Source: an uncultured Thermoleophilia bacterium | Lineage (GTDB): Bacteria; Actinomycetota; Thermoleophilia; UBA2241 | DNA: 64,000 nt | Assembly: GCA_903927755.1 (NCBI GenBank) | Contig: CAIYOD010000032.1 | Span: 2,391-66,390, forward strand | Reading direction: 5' to 3' | Shown here: positions 17,361 to 25,819 of the stretch, one piece after another | Position numbering within the stretch: position 1 is the first letter of the stretch | How the letters are laid out: each line of letters starts with the position of its first letter | Translations under genes and position numbers: made by a program | The notes under the pieces: generated by a model | What the model saw: the letters and a program-made list of their open reading frames with translations, nothing else | What the model was told of the DNA's origin: nothing | The model's database searches: none

Positions 17361-19043
17361 ATGAGCAGGCACTTCTGGCGAGCCTGCAACCGCGGAGCTG
17401 GCTTCAGCCTCGTGGAGTTGCTGGTCACCATCATCATCGCGGCGATCGCGTTCGGCGCCATGGTCCCCGTGTTCGTGCAGGCCGCCAAGTCGGGCAGCCA
17501 AGACAAGGCGCGAGTCGTTGCCCTCAACATGGCGCAGCAGGCGCTCGAGAGCGCCCGCGGCAAGACGTTCGAGCAGGTCGTCTCCGCGACGTGGACGCAG
17601 GACGAAGAAACTGCCTCCGGCTCCAAGACCTTCACTTTGGAGCGGACCGTGGTCGACCAGGAGGCCTCGGGGACCGACTCGCGCATCGTCTCGAAGCAAG
17701 TGAACGTGGAAGTGACGTGGGACAGACCGACCCCCGGGGGGTCGGTCACCGTCAAGACGGTTCTCTATCGGCAGTTCGCCGGTCCGCAGATCGTCGACTT
17801 CACGGTGGCGCCGTGGGATGAGGAAAACGAGTGGATCACAGACTCGACCGTCGAGCTCACGGCCACGATCAGCGCGGTGGATCAGGACTCGATGGCTCCC
17901 ATCACTGTCGGTGGGGTCACTCTCACAGGCTATGTGCAATTCATGATCACGTCGGTGAGCGGCGTCGTCATCCCGACGATCCAGGTGCCGTACAACGCGG
18001 CCCATCCCGCCGACTACAAGGCCACGTGGCTCGTGCCCGGCGGCGACGGGGTCGGCGACGGCTACTGGTCCTTCAAGGCCGTGGCCTTCTCGGCACAGAA
18101 GTACCCCGGCAACTCCTGGGAGTTCGCCAAGCGCGTGGAATCGGGGCCGGCGGCCACCGTGACGAACCTGCTGGCCACGCCGGGGGATACCTGGGTCAGC
18201 CTGACCTGGTCTCCATCTGTCTCCAACGACCTGGCGTACTACGAGGTGTACCGCACGGGTCCGAACGGGCGCGAGCTCATCGCCGGGGGTCCGCCGGCGC
18301 TCGGTGAGGCCGCGTTCCTCGCTACCGGCTTCACAGACTCCGGCCTGACCAAGGATGTCAACTACACGTACGAGGTCTACGCCGTCGACCTCGTCGCCAC
18401 GCCGGGTGGTGTTCCCGCCACGGTCACGACCAGGACCGGCGAGATCCTGGCAGCGCAGCCGGCGCCGGCCACTGGTCTGACGGCCACGTACAGCGGAAGC
18501 ACTGCCGTCCTCACGTGGCTCGCGTCGCCGACCGTCGACGTCGCGGGCTATCGCGTCTACAAGAATGGGGACTCCACGACGTGGGTCGCAACGGTGAGCG
18601 GGCCCTACTGCGATCTTTCGCAGGGCTATGACACCAGCGCGACCTACCAGGTCAAGCCCTACGCAGTAGGCAGCGACCTTGCCCTCACCGCCTTCGCGAC
18701 CCTCGCGGTCGGGCAGGAACTCGAATCCTACGGCGGCATCCTGTGGGCCAAGGTGGAGATCCCCGACGAGCAGTTCTTCACGCTCAAAGTCATGAACAAT
18801 GTGAAGAGTGGCAAGGCGGCCCTCATCACGCTCAAGTACCTTGGTCCAGAGGGCAAGAGCAGCGCGGTCACCATCGGGTCGCAGAGGATCGACTTCAGTA
18901 CGACGGAGTACAAAGCGGAGTGGGAGGAACTGCAGGCAGGTGTCTACCAGTTCAACTGGGAGGCGAACGGCATCAAGTCCGGCTCGCGCCTGGTCACGCT
19001 CACCACCCCGCAGGAGACCTATCTCGAGAAGTGCATCCCATGA
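17361..19043 (+). CDS. Extended prepilin-type protein, PilV-like N-terminus plus Ig/Fn3-like modules (cassette 3, gene a)
   Basis: In the frame of ORF 17184..19043. The ATG at 17361 follows GGAGG. MSRHFWRACNRGAG|FSLVELLVTIIIAAIAFGAMVP. Two Fn3-like segments are present (WVSLTWSPS...YYEVYR...YTYEVYAVD and AVLTWLAS...GYRVYK). Confidence 0.8.
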   Translation: MSRHFWRACNRGAGFSLVELLVTIIIAAIAFGAMVPVFVQAAKSGSQDKARVVALNMAQQALESARGKTFEQVVSATWTQDEETASGSKTFTLERTVVDQEASGTDSRIVSKQVNVEVTWDRPTPGGSVTVKTVLYRQFAGPQIVDFTVAPWDEENEWITDSTVELTATISAVDQDSMAPITVGGVTLTGYVQFMITSVSGVVIPTIQVPYNAAHPADYKATWLVPGGDGVGDGYWSFKAVAFSAQKYPGNSWEFAKRVESGPAATVTNLLATPGDTWVSLTWSPSVSNDLAYYEVYRTGPNGRELIAGGPPALGEAAFLATGFTDSGLTKDVNYTYEVYAVDLVATPGGVPATVTTRTGEILAAQPAPATGLTATYSGSTAVLTWLASPTVDVAGYRVYKNGDSTTWVATVSGPYCDLSQGYDTSATYQVKPYAVGSDLALTAFATLAVGQELESYGGILWAKVEIPDEQFFTLKVMNNVKSGKAALITLKYLGPEGKSSAVTIGSQRIDFSTTEYKAEWEELQAGVYQFNWEANGIKSGSRLVTLTTPQETYLEKCIP

Positions 19044-19711
19044 TTCGAGTCGTCCCAAGGAGCAGGCAGAAGGGAATCACGCTCGTCGAGCTCCTCGTCG
19101 TGATGTCAATCATGCTGGTCCTGAGCACCATGATCATCGGGACTTGGGTGGCGCTGACCAACGCCTACTCATTCACCAGCCGGAGCGACAAACAGCGGGA
19201 CCTGGCGCGTCAGGCGATCGACCGCATGGCCCGCGAGATACGCGATGCGCAGGAACCCCTGGGCAGCACGAGCACGGCCATCAATCGCGCCTACCCCAAT
19301 GAGATCCGCTTCTACTCCACGTTCAATGCCGCGGACGCGTCTACGCCGACGACGGAGCCACGGCTCACGCGCTTCATCTACAAGGTCACCAACGTCGCGA
19401 ATGGCACCGGCGCGGTCTATCGGGAGTTCCCGGGAGCGGACGGCGATTTCGACACCGCGGGCGACAACGTGTCCGAGCGTCTGATCGCGAACGTCTCCAA
19501 CGATGGCGCCGGCGAGGACGTCTTCACGTACTGGTCCTACGACCCGGCCACAGCGGACCTTGAGCCCTCGGTCGGCATGACCACGCTCGCCGACCCGTCT
19601 CGTGTGGTCGAGGTCGGCATCTCGCTCCTCGTCGACCTCAATCCGGGCAAGGCGCCGAACTACATGGATATCAGCACGAAGGTGCAGCCGCGCAATGTGC
19701 GCGAGTTCTGA
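19040..19711 (+). CDS. Prepilin-type protein, PilW/GspJ-like (cassette 3, gene b)
   Basis: ATGA overlap with the upstream gene. MIRVVPRSRQKG|ITLVELLVVMSIMLVLSTM. Contains REIRDAQEP. Confidence 0.8.
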   Translation: MIRVVPRSRQKGITLVELLVVMSIMLVLSTMIIGTWVALTNAYSFTSRSDKQRDLARQAIDRMAREIRDAQEPLGSTSTAINRAYPNEIRFYSTFNAADASTPTTEPRLTRFIYKVTNVANGTGAVYREFPGADGDFDTAGDNVSERLIANVSNDGAGEDVFTYWSYDPATADLEPSVGMTTLADPSRVVEVGISLLVDLNPGKAPNYMDISTKVQPRNVREF

Positions 19712-19727
19712 CGGGAGGGCGAGCGGG

Positions 19728-20894
19728 ATGGACTCACTGAGACGCGAGACCGGAGCTACGCTCGTCCTGGTCGTCGGCGTGATCGCGGCGCTGTCGATCC
19801 TTTCCAGTGCGTTGATCATGCTCGGAATGAACGTCGCGCAGAACACGGGAGCCCAGACCCAAGAGGTCAAGGCGTTCAACGTGGCCGAGGCCGGCCTGGA
19901 TACCGGCCAGGCGACGCTGTGGGCCGCGTGGCCCGGACCGTCCGCGACCGAACCGTCCGTGGATGCGGGGGCCTTCCAGGCACAGTTCCCCTCGTCCACG
20001 TTCCCTGATCCCGCGTCGGGCCCGTTCATCGACGTGCAGTTCTTCGACGACGATGGTGAGCCGCTCCCGACTCCCGGCATCAACAGGGCTGCGCACGTCG
20101 ACCAGAACGACAACGGCATCATGTGGATCGAGTCCACAGGTGCGACCGGCGGCGGGTCCGCCAAGGTGATGGCGTGTGTCCAGAAGGTCTCTCGCGACCT
20201 GCAGATCCGCGACGGCGTCGCGATCTACAGCGAGGGTGACGTCGAGATCAAGGGGACCGGCAACCAGCCCGTCGTCGGCCTCGACCCGCCCGCCACCGCC
20301 GCACAGGTCCTTGCGGGCGGGAACATCGATTTCAACGGGAACTCCGACGTGGAGGGCGGCGTGGGTCTCGAGGAGTACACCGAGGCCACTCTTCAGGACG
20401 TGTTCCCGACCGAGATCCTGCTCAGCATCATCGAGTCCGGCAAGTCGTTCACCAATTGGAGCGCCTATACCTCCTGGAAGAGCGCACACCCGGGCGTGGA
20501 GCCGTTCGCCACCGACCCGCGCATCATCATCATCGAGAACGGCGATGTCGACGCCAAGAGCCTCCCCGACACCGATGTGGATCCCGCGAACACGAAGCTG
20601 GACACGGTGTGGAGCGAGGAGGACCCGGGCATCCTCGTCGTGCTCAACGGGAGCTTCAATCAGACCGGCCAGAAGAAGACCATCTACGGCATCGTGTACG
20701 TTGTGAACGGCATGATCCTCGGGGGCAACGCCGAGATCCACGGTATGGTCGTGGCCAAGGGGTGGGCGAACCTGCACGGCACCCGAGCCGTGGACTACAA
20801 CCCGAACGTCATCGCCAACCTCCAGCGACCACTGACCTTGTCGGTCAAGCTGGTCCCGAACACATGGCGCGAGCTGGACCCTAGCGGCGGCTGA
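19728..20894 (+). CDS. PilX_N/GspK-like pilus-tip protein (cassette 3, gene c)
   Basis: In the frame of ORF 19602..20894, starting at the ATG at 19728. MDSLRRETGATLVLVVGVIAALSILSS. Has AFNVAEAGLD, and the C-terminus HGMVVAKGWANLHG...YNPN...PNTWREL parallels the other two. Confidence 0.75.
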   Translation: MDSLRRETGATLVLVVGVIAALSILSSALIMLGMNVAQNTGAQTQEVKAFNVAEAGLDTGQATLWAAWPGPSATEPSVDAGAFQAQFPSSTFPDPASGPFIDVQFFDDDGEPLPTPGINRAAHVDQNDNGIMWIESTGATGGGSAKVMACVQKVSRDLQIRDGVAIYSEGDVEIKGTGNQPVVGLDPPATAAQVLAGGNIDFNGNSDVEGGVGLEEYTEATLQDVFPTEILLSIIESGKSFTNWSAYTSWKSAHPGVEPFATDPRIIIIENGDVDAKSLPDTDVDPANTKLDTVWSEEDPGILVVLNGSFNQTGQKKTIYGIVYVVNGMILGGNAEIHGMVVAKGWANLHGTRAVDYNPNVIANLQRPLTLSVKLVPNTWRELDPSGG

Positions 20895-21014
20895 AAGTCT
20901 CCCGCCGCGGCTTCTGCCCCCGTTTGAACGGGCCCGCGGTGTCACACTCCGACGCGAAGCAGCCATCCCTTGAGTCGACCCGTCGCCCGCGCGGCATCGT
21001 ATACTGAGCCGCGA

Positions 21015-21089
21015 GGGCGATTAGCTCAGGGGTAGAGCACCTGCCTTACAAGCAGGGAGTCGCTGGTTCGAAACCAGCATCGCCCACCA
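21015..21089 (+). tRNA. tRNA-Val (anticodon TAC), CCA encoded
   Basis: Hand-folded cloverleaf. Acceptor GGGCGAT/ATCGCCC, D stem GCTC/GAGC, anticodon stem CCTGC/GCAGG with loop CTTACAA, T stem GCTGG/CCAGC with loop TTCGAAA. Confidence 0.9.
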
Positions 21090-21176
21090 CTCGCAGTGTG
21101 TCTGTCGTGAGGCCGTGAACCTCGGCCCGCGCTCCGCCGTCATCCAGGGGACGGCGCTCACGAGAGGAGTCAGGCG

Positions 21177-21689
21177 ATGAAGACGATCCGTGCGAACCGC
21201 GAGACCCCGAGTGTGGACACCCCTCTGCCCCGCCTGCGTCCGGTGGCGCTCCTGGCCGTCATGCTGCTCGCCCTGGCGGTCGCCGCAGCGGTCGTCGTGG
21301 GCTGCGGCTCGAGCGCCGACGGCGACGGCCAGCCCTCTCTGGAAGGCACGTCCTGGGAGCTCACCGGCTGGTCCATCAGCAGTCAGGATCCCAACGACTT
21401 CACCATCACCGCTGAGTTCAACGACGGCCGCATGGGCGGCACGTCCGCGGTCAACCAGTACGGCGGTCCGTACACGGCCGGCGACGACGGCTCGTTCTCC
21501 GTCGGCGAGTTCGCGAGCACCATGATGGCCGGCCCCGAACCGGACATGCGGGCCGAGCAGAACTACCTGACGCTGCTCGCCGAGGCCAAGAACTACGCGG
21601 TCGACGGCAAGACGCTGACGCTCTCCGATGCGAATGGGAACCAGTCGCTCATCTTCACGGCTGCGACCGCGGCCTCGCCGAGTGAGTGA
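21177..21689 (+). CDS. META-domain (HslJ-like) lipoprotein
   Basis: The signal peptide has lipobox VVGC. LEGTSWELTGW, MGGTSAVNQYGGPY and YLTLLAEAKNYAVDGKTLTL are typical of the META domain. Confidence 0.75.
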   Translation: MKTIRANRETPSVDTPLPRLRPVALLAVMLLALAVAAAVVVGCGSSADGDGQPSLEGTSWELTGWSISSQDPNDFTITAEFNDGRMGGTSAVNQYGGPYTAGDDGSFSVGEFASTMMAGPEPDMRAEQNYLTLLAEAKNYAVDGKTLTLSDANGNQSLIFTAATAASPSE

Positions 21690-21738
21690 GGTCTCGGCCG
21701 GTGGTCCCGGTCGGAGCCCTCTGAGGTAGGGTACGCGC

Positions 21739-22506
21739 ATGACCGGACCAGCGGAGGAGACGAACACCTCACGATCTGGCGGCGGCGATGCGCTCGAGGC
21801 GGCAGCCGCGCGCGAGCGGCAGTCGCACGTCCGGCACGAGTTGCGCGCTCCACTCGCCGTGATGTACCCGCTGCTCTCGCTGCTGCTGGACGGAGGAGCG
21901 GGCGAACTCAGCCCCCAACAGCGCGACTACCTCGAAGTGCTCGAGCGCAATGTGACTCGGATGGAGGCGCTCATCACCGGCGTCGCCGACAGCGGCTGGG
22001 CGGACTGCTCGCTCGCGCCGGCCATCCCTGGCGAAGTGATCCTTGGCGACATCGCCGAAGAGGTCGTCGCGTTCCGCGCCATGGATGATCGCGCTGGGCC
22101 GCCGATCGTGGTCGACGCAGGGCCGCCGCCCACTCCCCGGGCGTGGGCGGACCATGACGACGTGCGCCAGATCGTCACTGACCTCGTGCGCAACGCCGTG
22201 ACGTACACGCCGAGCGACGGAAGCGTGACCGTGCGCATCACCGCCGGCGTGGACGCGGACACGGTGACGCTGGAGGTTGCCGACACAGGCCCGGGCATCC
22301 CTCCGGAGGAGTTGGGCCGGGCCTTCGACTTCGGCTTCCGCGGCGAGCTGTCCCGGAGCCTGCGGACACCCGGGCTCGGCGCCGGTCTCTGGGTCTGCCG
22401 GCAACTGGCGGCACGCAACGGCGGCTCGATCACGCTCGCGAGCCCTCCTAGCTTCGGCGTCACCGTTACGGTCGTGCTGCCCGCCGCACCCGCGATCGTG
22501 TGTTGA
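21739..22506 (+). CDS. Soluble histidine kinase (HisKA + HATPase_c), no adjacent response regulator
   Basis: H-box SHVRHELRAPLAVM, N-box DLVRNAVTYT, G-boxes DTGPGIPPEE and GLGAGLWVCRQLA. No TM segments. Confidence 0.8.
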   Translation: MTGPAEETNTSRSGGGDALEAAAARERQSHVRHELRAPLAVMYPLLSLLLDGGAGELSPQQRDYLEVLERNVTRMEALITGVADSGWADCSLAPAIPGEVILGDIAEEVVAFRAMDDRAGPPIVVDAGPPPTPRAWADHDDVRQIVTDLVRNAVTYTPSDGSVTVRITAGVDADTVTLEVADTGPGIPPEELGRAFDFGFRGELSRSLRTPGLGAGLWVCRQLAARNGGSITLASPPSFGVTVTVVLPAAPAIVC

Positions 22507-22672
22507 CAAAGCGCCACCGTCACCACCGACGACATCGCGGAATTCTCCGCAGTCACGGCACGGGGCGTCCAGCCGGTGCGGTCAGTGCGAAGAAGCCCGC
22601 TTGATTGACAGCTCGTGCACATAACTGCATTCTAAAAGCAGTTTTGTACTCCCAGCGGAAGCGAGGTCGCTC

Positions 22673-23947
22673 ATGCCCTCCGGGTACATCCAGCGCAGCA
22701 TACAGCCCGTACTCGAGACCGCCGCCTCCCAGTTCCCGGCCGTGGTCCTCACCGGCCCTCGGCAGTCCGGCAAGACGACCGTGCTGAGGCGCCTGTTCGG
22801 CGAGCGCTATGAGTACGTGTCGATGGAGGCGCTCGATACGCGCGCGCTGGCAGCGGAGGACCCGCGCGCCTTTCTGCGCCTGCACAAGCCGCCGGTGATC
22901 CTGGATGAGGTGCAGCAGGCTCCGGGCCTGTTGCCCTACATCCAGGAGCTGATCGAGGAGCGACGTGAGCACAACGGGCAGTTCATCCTCAGCGGCTCGC
23001 AGAACCTGCTGCTCCTGCGGCAAGTGAGCGAGTCGCTGGCCGGTCGCGCGGCGATCCTCAAGCTGTTGCCGCTGTCTCTGCGCGAGTGGTGCGGCGAGCC
23101 ACGGCGGCCGCTGCCGTGGCGAGCTGCGCCGGGCGGCCAGACCGACTCACGGCCCGCGGCGGCCTGCGCTGAGCTCCTCTCCCGTCCCGATGGTCTTTGG
23201 CAGTCGCTCTTCCGCGGTCTGTACCCCGGCCTCAGCGCCTCGCCCGCCCCCGACTGGCTGCGCTGGCAGCAGAGCTACATCGAGACGTATCTGGAGCGCG
23301 ATGTGCGCACCGTGCGCCAGGTCGGCGACCTCATGACCTTTCAGTCGTTTCTGCGGCTGCTGGCCGCGCGCAGCGGGCAGATCCTGAACATGACCGGCAT
23401 CGCTACCGAGCTGGGTCTCACGCTCAACACCGTCAAGGCTTGGATCTCAGTGCTGCTGACGTCCTATCAGATCATCGTCCTGGAGCCCTACCACGCCAAT
23501 CTGGGGAAGCGCCTCGTCAAGCGACCCAAGGTGTACTTCACCGATACGGGCACATTGTGCTACCTGGTGGGTCTGCGCGACCCGCTGCACGCCATGCAGG
23601 GGCCCATGGCCGGCGCCATCATGGAGACGGCCGTGGTGGCCGAGCTGACCAAGGCCTATCTGCACGGCGGCGACGAGCCGCGCCTCGCCTTCTGGCGCAC
23701 CTCGCGCGGCTCAGAGGTCGACATCATCGTCGAGGACCAGCTTCGTCTGTACCCGATCGAAGTCAAAGCGAGCGCCACCCAGCGGCCAGAGATGGCGCGC
23801 GGCATCGCGGAGTTTGCCCGCACGCTCGCCGCCACCAGGGCGGAGGGCGTGCGGCCATCGCCGCAACCGGGCTACGTCGTGTACGCGGGAGATCGAGCCG
23901 TGCCGCTCGGCGACGGAGTCACAGGGCTGCCGCTGGGGTCGCTGTAG
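22673..23947 (+). CDS. AAA-family ATPase with DUF4143-type C-terminal domain
   Basis: Walker A VVLTGPRQSGKTT and Walker B VILDEVQ. The architecture is typical of the AAA_14/DUF4143 family. Confidence 0.75.
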   Translation: MPSGYIQRSIQPVLETAASQFPAVVLTGPRQSGKTTVLRRLFGERYEYVSMEALDTRALAAEDPRAFLRLHKPPVILDEVQQAPGLLPYIQELIEERREHNGQFILSGSQNLLLLRQVSESLAGRAAILKLLPLSLREWCGEPRRPLPWRAAPGGQTDSRPAAACAELLSRPDGLWQSLFRGLYPGLSASPAPDWLRWQQSYIETYLERDVRTVRQVGDLMTFQSFLRLLAARSGQILNMTGIATELGLTLNTVKAWISVLLTSYQIIVLEPYHANLGKRLVKRPKVYFTDTGTLCYLVGLRDPLHAMQGPMAGAIMETAVVAELTKAYLHGGDEPRLAFWRTSRGSEVDIIVEDQLRLYPIEVKASATQRPEMARGIAEFARTLAATRAEGVRPSPQPGYVVYAGDRAVPLGDGVTGLPLGSL

Positions 23948-23986
23948 GCATGGTAGAGTGAGCGCACTCGTCCCCGGCGAGGGCCC

Positions 23987-25180
23987 GTGCCGACGACAGT
24001 GGAGGGAGACCTGGCAGCCAGCACGTCAGTCGAGCGCGCGCCGCGCACGCTCTTCGTCACCAATGACTTCCCACCGCGCATCGGCGGCGCCCAGTCGTAC
24101 TACTGGGGCGTCATCCGCACACTTGATCCCTCTGAGGTCGCGATCCTGGCTCCGGCGCACATCGACGCCGCCGCGTTCGACGCGACCCATCCCTACACCG
24201 TGGTCCGCGCGTCTTCGTCGGTCCTCTGGCCGACCAATGCGATGCTGCACACGGTGGAGCAGATGGCCGAGCGCGAAGGAGCGGAGCTCATCCAGCTCGG
24301 CCATCCACTGCCCGCCGGCCTTCTGGGCCCTCGGCTCCGCCAGCGGCGTGGCCTGCCCTACGTCGTCTTCCTCGGCGGCGCCGAGGTCACGCTGCCCGGC
24401 GTGGTGCCGGGCGTCAACAACCTGCTGAATCACGTGCTCGGCAATGCGTCCATGCTGCTCACCGTGAGCGAGTACACCGCCGAGGCCGCACGCAAGCAGA
24501 CCGGCGGCAAGGTGCCCGCGGAGGTTCTGCGGCCGCCACTGTTGGTGGAGGAATTCGCGCCGGCCGCCGACGAGGAGGCCGCGTGTCTGCGCGAGCGGCT
24601 GGGCATCGACGGGCAGATCGTGGTCTGTGTCGGCCGCCTGGTCCCGCGCAAGGGTCAGGACAAGCTCATCGACGCGCTGGCCCTGCTGCGCAGCGAGTTC
24701 CCTCATCTGCACCTCGTGCTGATCGGCGAGGGCCGTCTCGCGACCGGGCTGTACGACCGTGCGCAGAAGCGGGGTGTGGGAGAACGCGTCCATCTCACCG
24801 GCGCGCTCGCCGACAAGGCGATGAAGGAATGGCTGCAAGCCGCCGATGTCTTCGCCTCGCCGTGCCGCAGCCGCTGGGCCGGCTTGGAGGTTGAGGGCTT
24901 CGGCATCGTGTTCGCCGAGGCCGCGCTCGCCGGCCTGCCGGTCATCGCCGGCGACTCGGGCGGCGCACCCGAGGCCGTCGTCCAGGGCGACACCGGCCTC
25001 GTTGTCGACGGTCACTCGGTCCAGCAGGTCGCCGCGGCGCTCGCGTCGATCCTGCGTCGTACGCCGGAGCAGCGCCGCGTGATGGGCGCCAAGGGACGGG
25101 AACTCGCGCTGGCGCGACACACGCCGGCGGTCGTCGGCGAGCGCTACCGCGAGCTGTTGCGCCGGGCGGCCGCTCGATGA
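23987..25180 (+). CDS. Glycosyltransferase family 4 (PimB-like mannosyltransferase)
   Basis: LFVTNDFPPRIGGAQSYYW N-terminus and a C-terminal EGFGIVFAEAALAGLPVIAGDSGG (E-x7-E region). GTG start. Confidence 0.75.
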   Translation: MPTTVEGDLAASTSVERAPRTLFVTNDFPPRIGGAQSYYWGVIRTLDPSEVAILAPAHIDAAAFDATHPYTVVRASSSVLWPTNAMLHTVEQMAEREGAELIQLGHPLPAGLLGPRLRQRRGLPYVVFLGGAEVTLPGVVPGVNNLLNHVLGNASMLLTVSEYTAEAARKQTGGKVPAEVLRPPLLVEEFAPAADEEAACLRERLGIDGQIVVCVGRLVPRKGQDKLIDALALLRSEFPHLHLVLIGEGRLATGLYDRAQKRGVGERVHLTGALADKAMKEWLQAADVFASPCRSRWAGLEVEGFGIVFAEAALAGLPVIAGDSGGAPEAVVQGDTGLVVDGHSVQQVAAALASILRRTPEQRRVMGAKGRELALARHTPAVVGERYRELLRRAAAR

Positions 25181-25806
25181 GCGGCCGTCGCGACCGGCGC
25201 CACGGCGCGCTACACCTGCTGGCGGGACTCGCCGGGGGCTTCGCCGCCGGGACCATCCCGACCGGGGAGCTCGTCACTCGCGCGCTCACCGGTCGGAAGC
25301 TCAGCGACCTTGGCGACGGCAAGGCAGGCTCCTCCAACGTGGCCCGGAGCGTCGGCTGGAAGGCCGGCGCGCTCGTGCTCGCGCTCGACGCGCTCAAGGC
25401 GTACGCGCCGGCGACCCTGGCGCGGGTGAACGGCGCCGGCAACAACGAAGTGGCCGCGATCGGCGTCTCGGCGATGTGCGGGCACATCGCCGTCGTCAAG
25501 GGTCGCGGCGCCGCGTCGGCCCTCGGCGCCGCGTTCGCCATGGACCCCGCGATGATGGCCATCGGCTGCGTGCCGCTCGTCGGCGGCAGCGTGCTGCACC
25601 ACCACGCCGAGGCGGTGACGGTGACGGCGCTCTCGCTGCCGGTCATCAGCCTCGCACTCCACCGCAGTCCCCGCCGCGCGCTCGGGCCGCTGCTGCTCAT
25701 CACCGTGCTCTTCGCGGCGCGCCTTCGCGGCTCGCCCGGCGCGTCGCTTCCCGACTCCCCCGAGGTCCTCCGGAACCGGTTCCTGCTAGACAGGGACGAG
25801 CGCTGA
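25177..25806 (+). CDS. plsY: Glycerol-3-phosphate acyltransferase PlsY family
   Basis: GDGKAGSSNVARSVGWKAG, LDALKAY and GHIAVVKG motifs. Polytopic, 209 aa. The match is more divergent than a typical PlsY. Confidence 0.6.
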   Translation: MSGRRDRRHGALHLLAGLAGGFAAGTIPTGELVTRALTGRKLSDLGDGKAGSSNVARSVGWKAGALVLALDALKAYAPATLARVNGAGNNEVAAIGVSAMCGHIAVVKGRGAASALGAAFAMDPAMMAIGCVPLVGGSVLHHHAEAVTVTALSLPVISLALHRSPRRALGPLLLITVLFAARLRGSPGASLPDSPEVLRNRFLLDRDER

Positions 25807-25819
25807 ACGGGGGCGCCGC

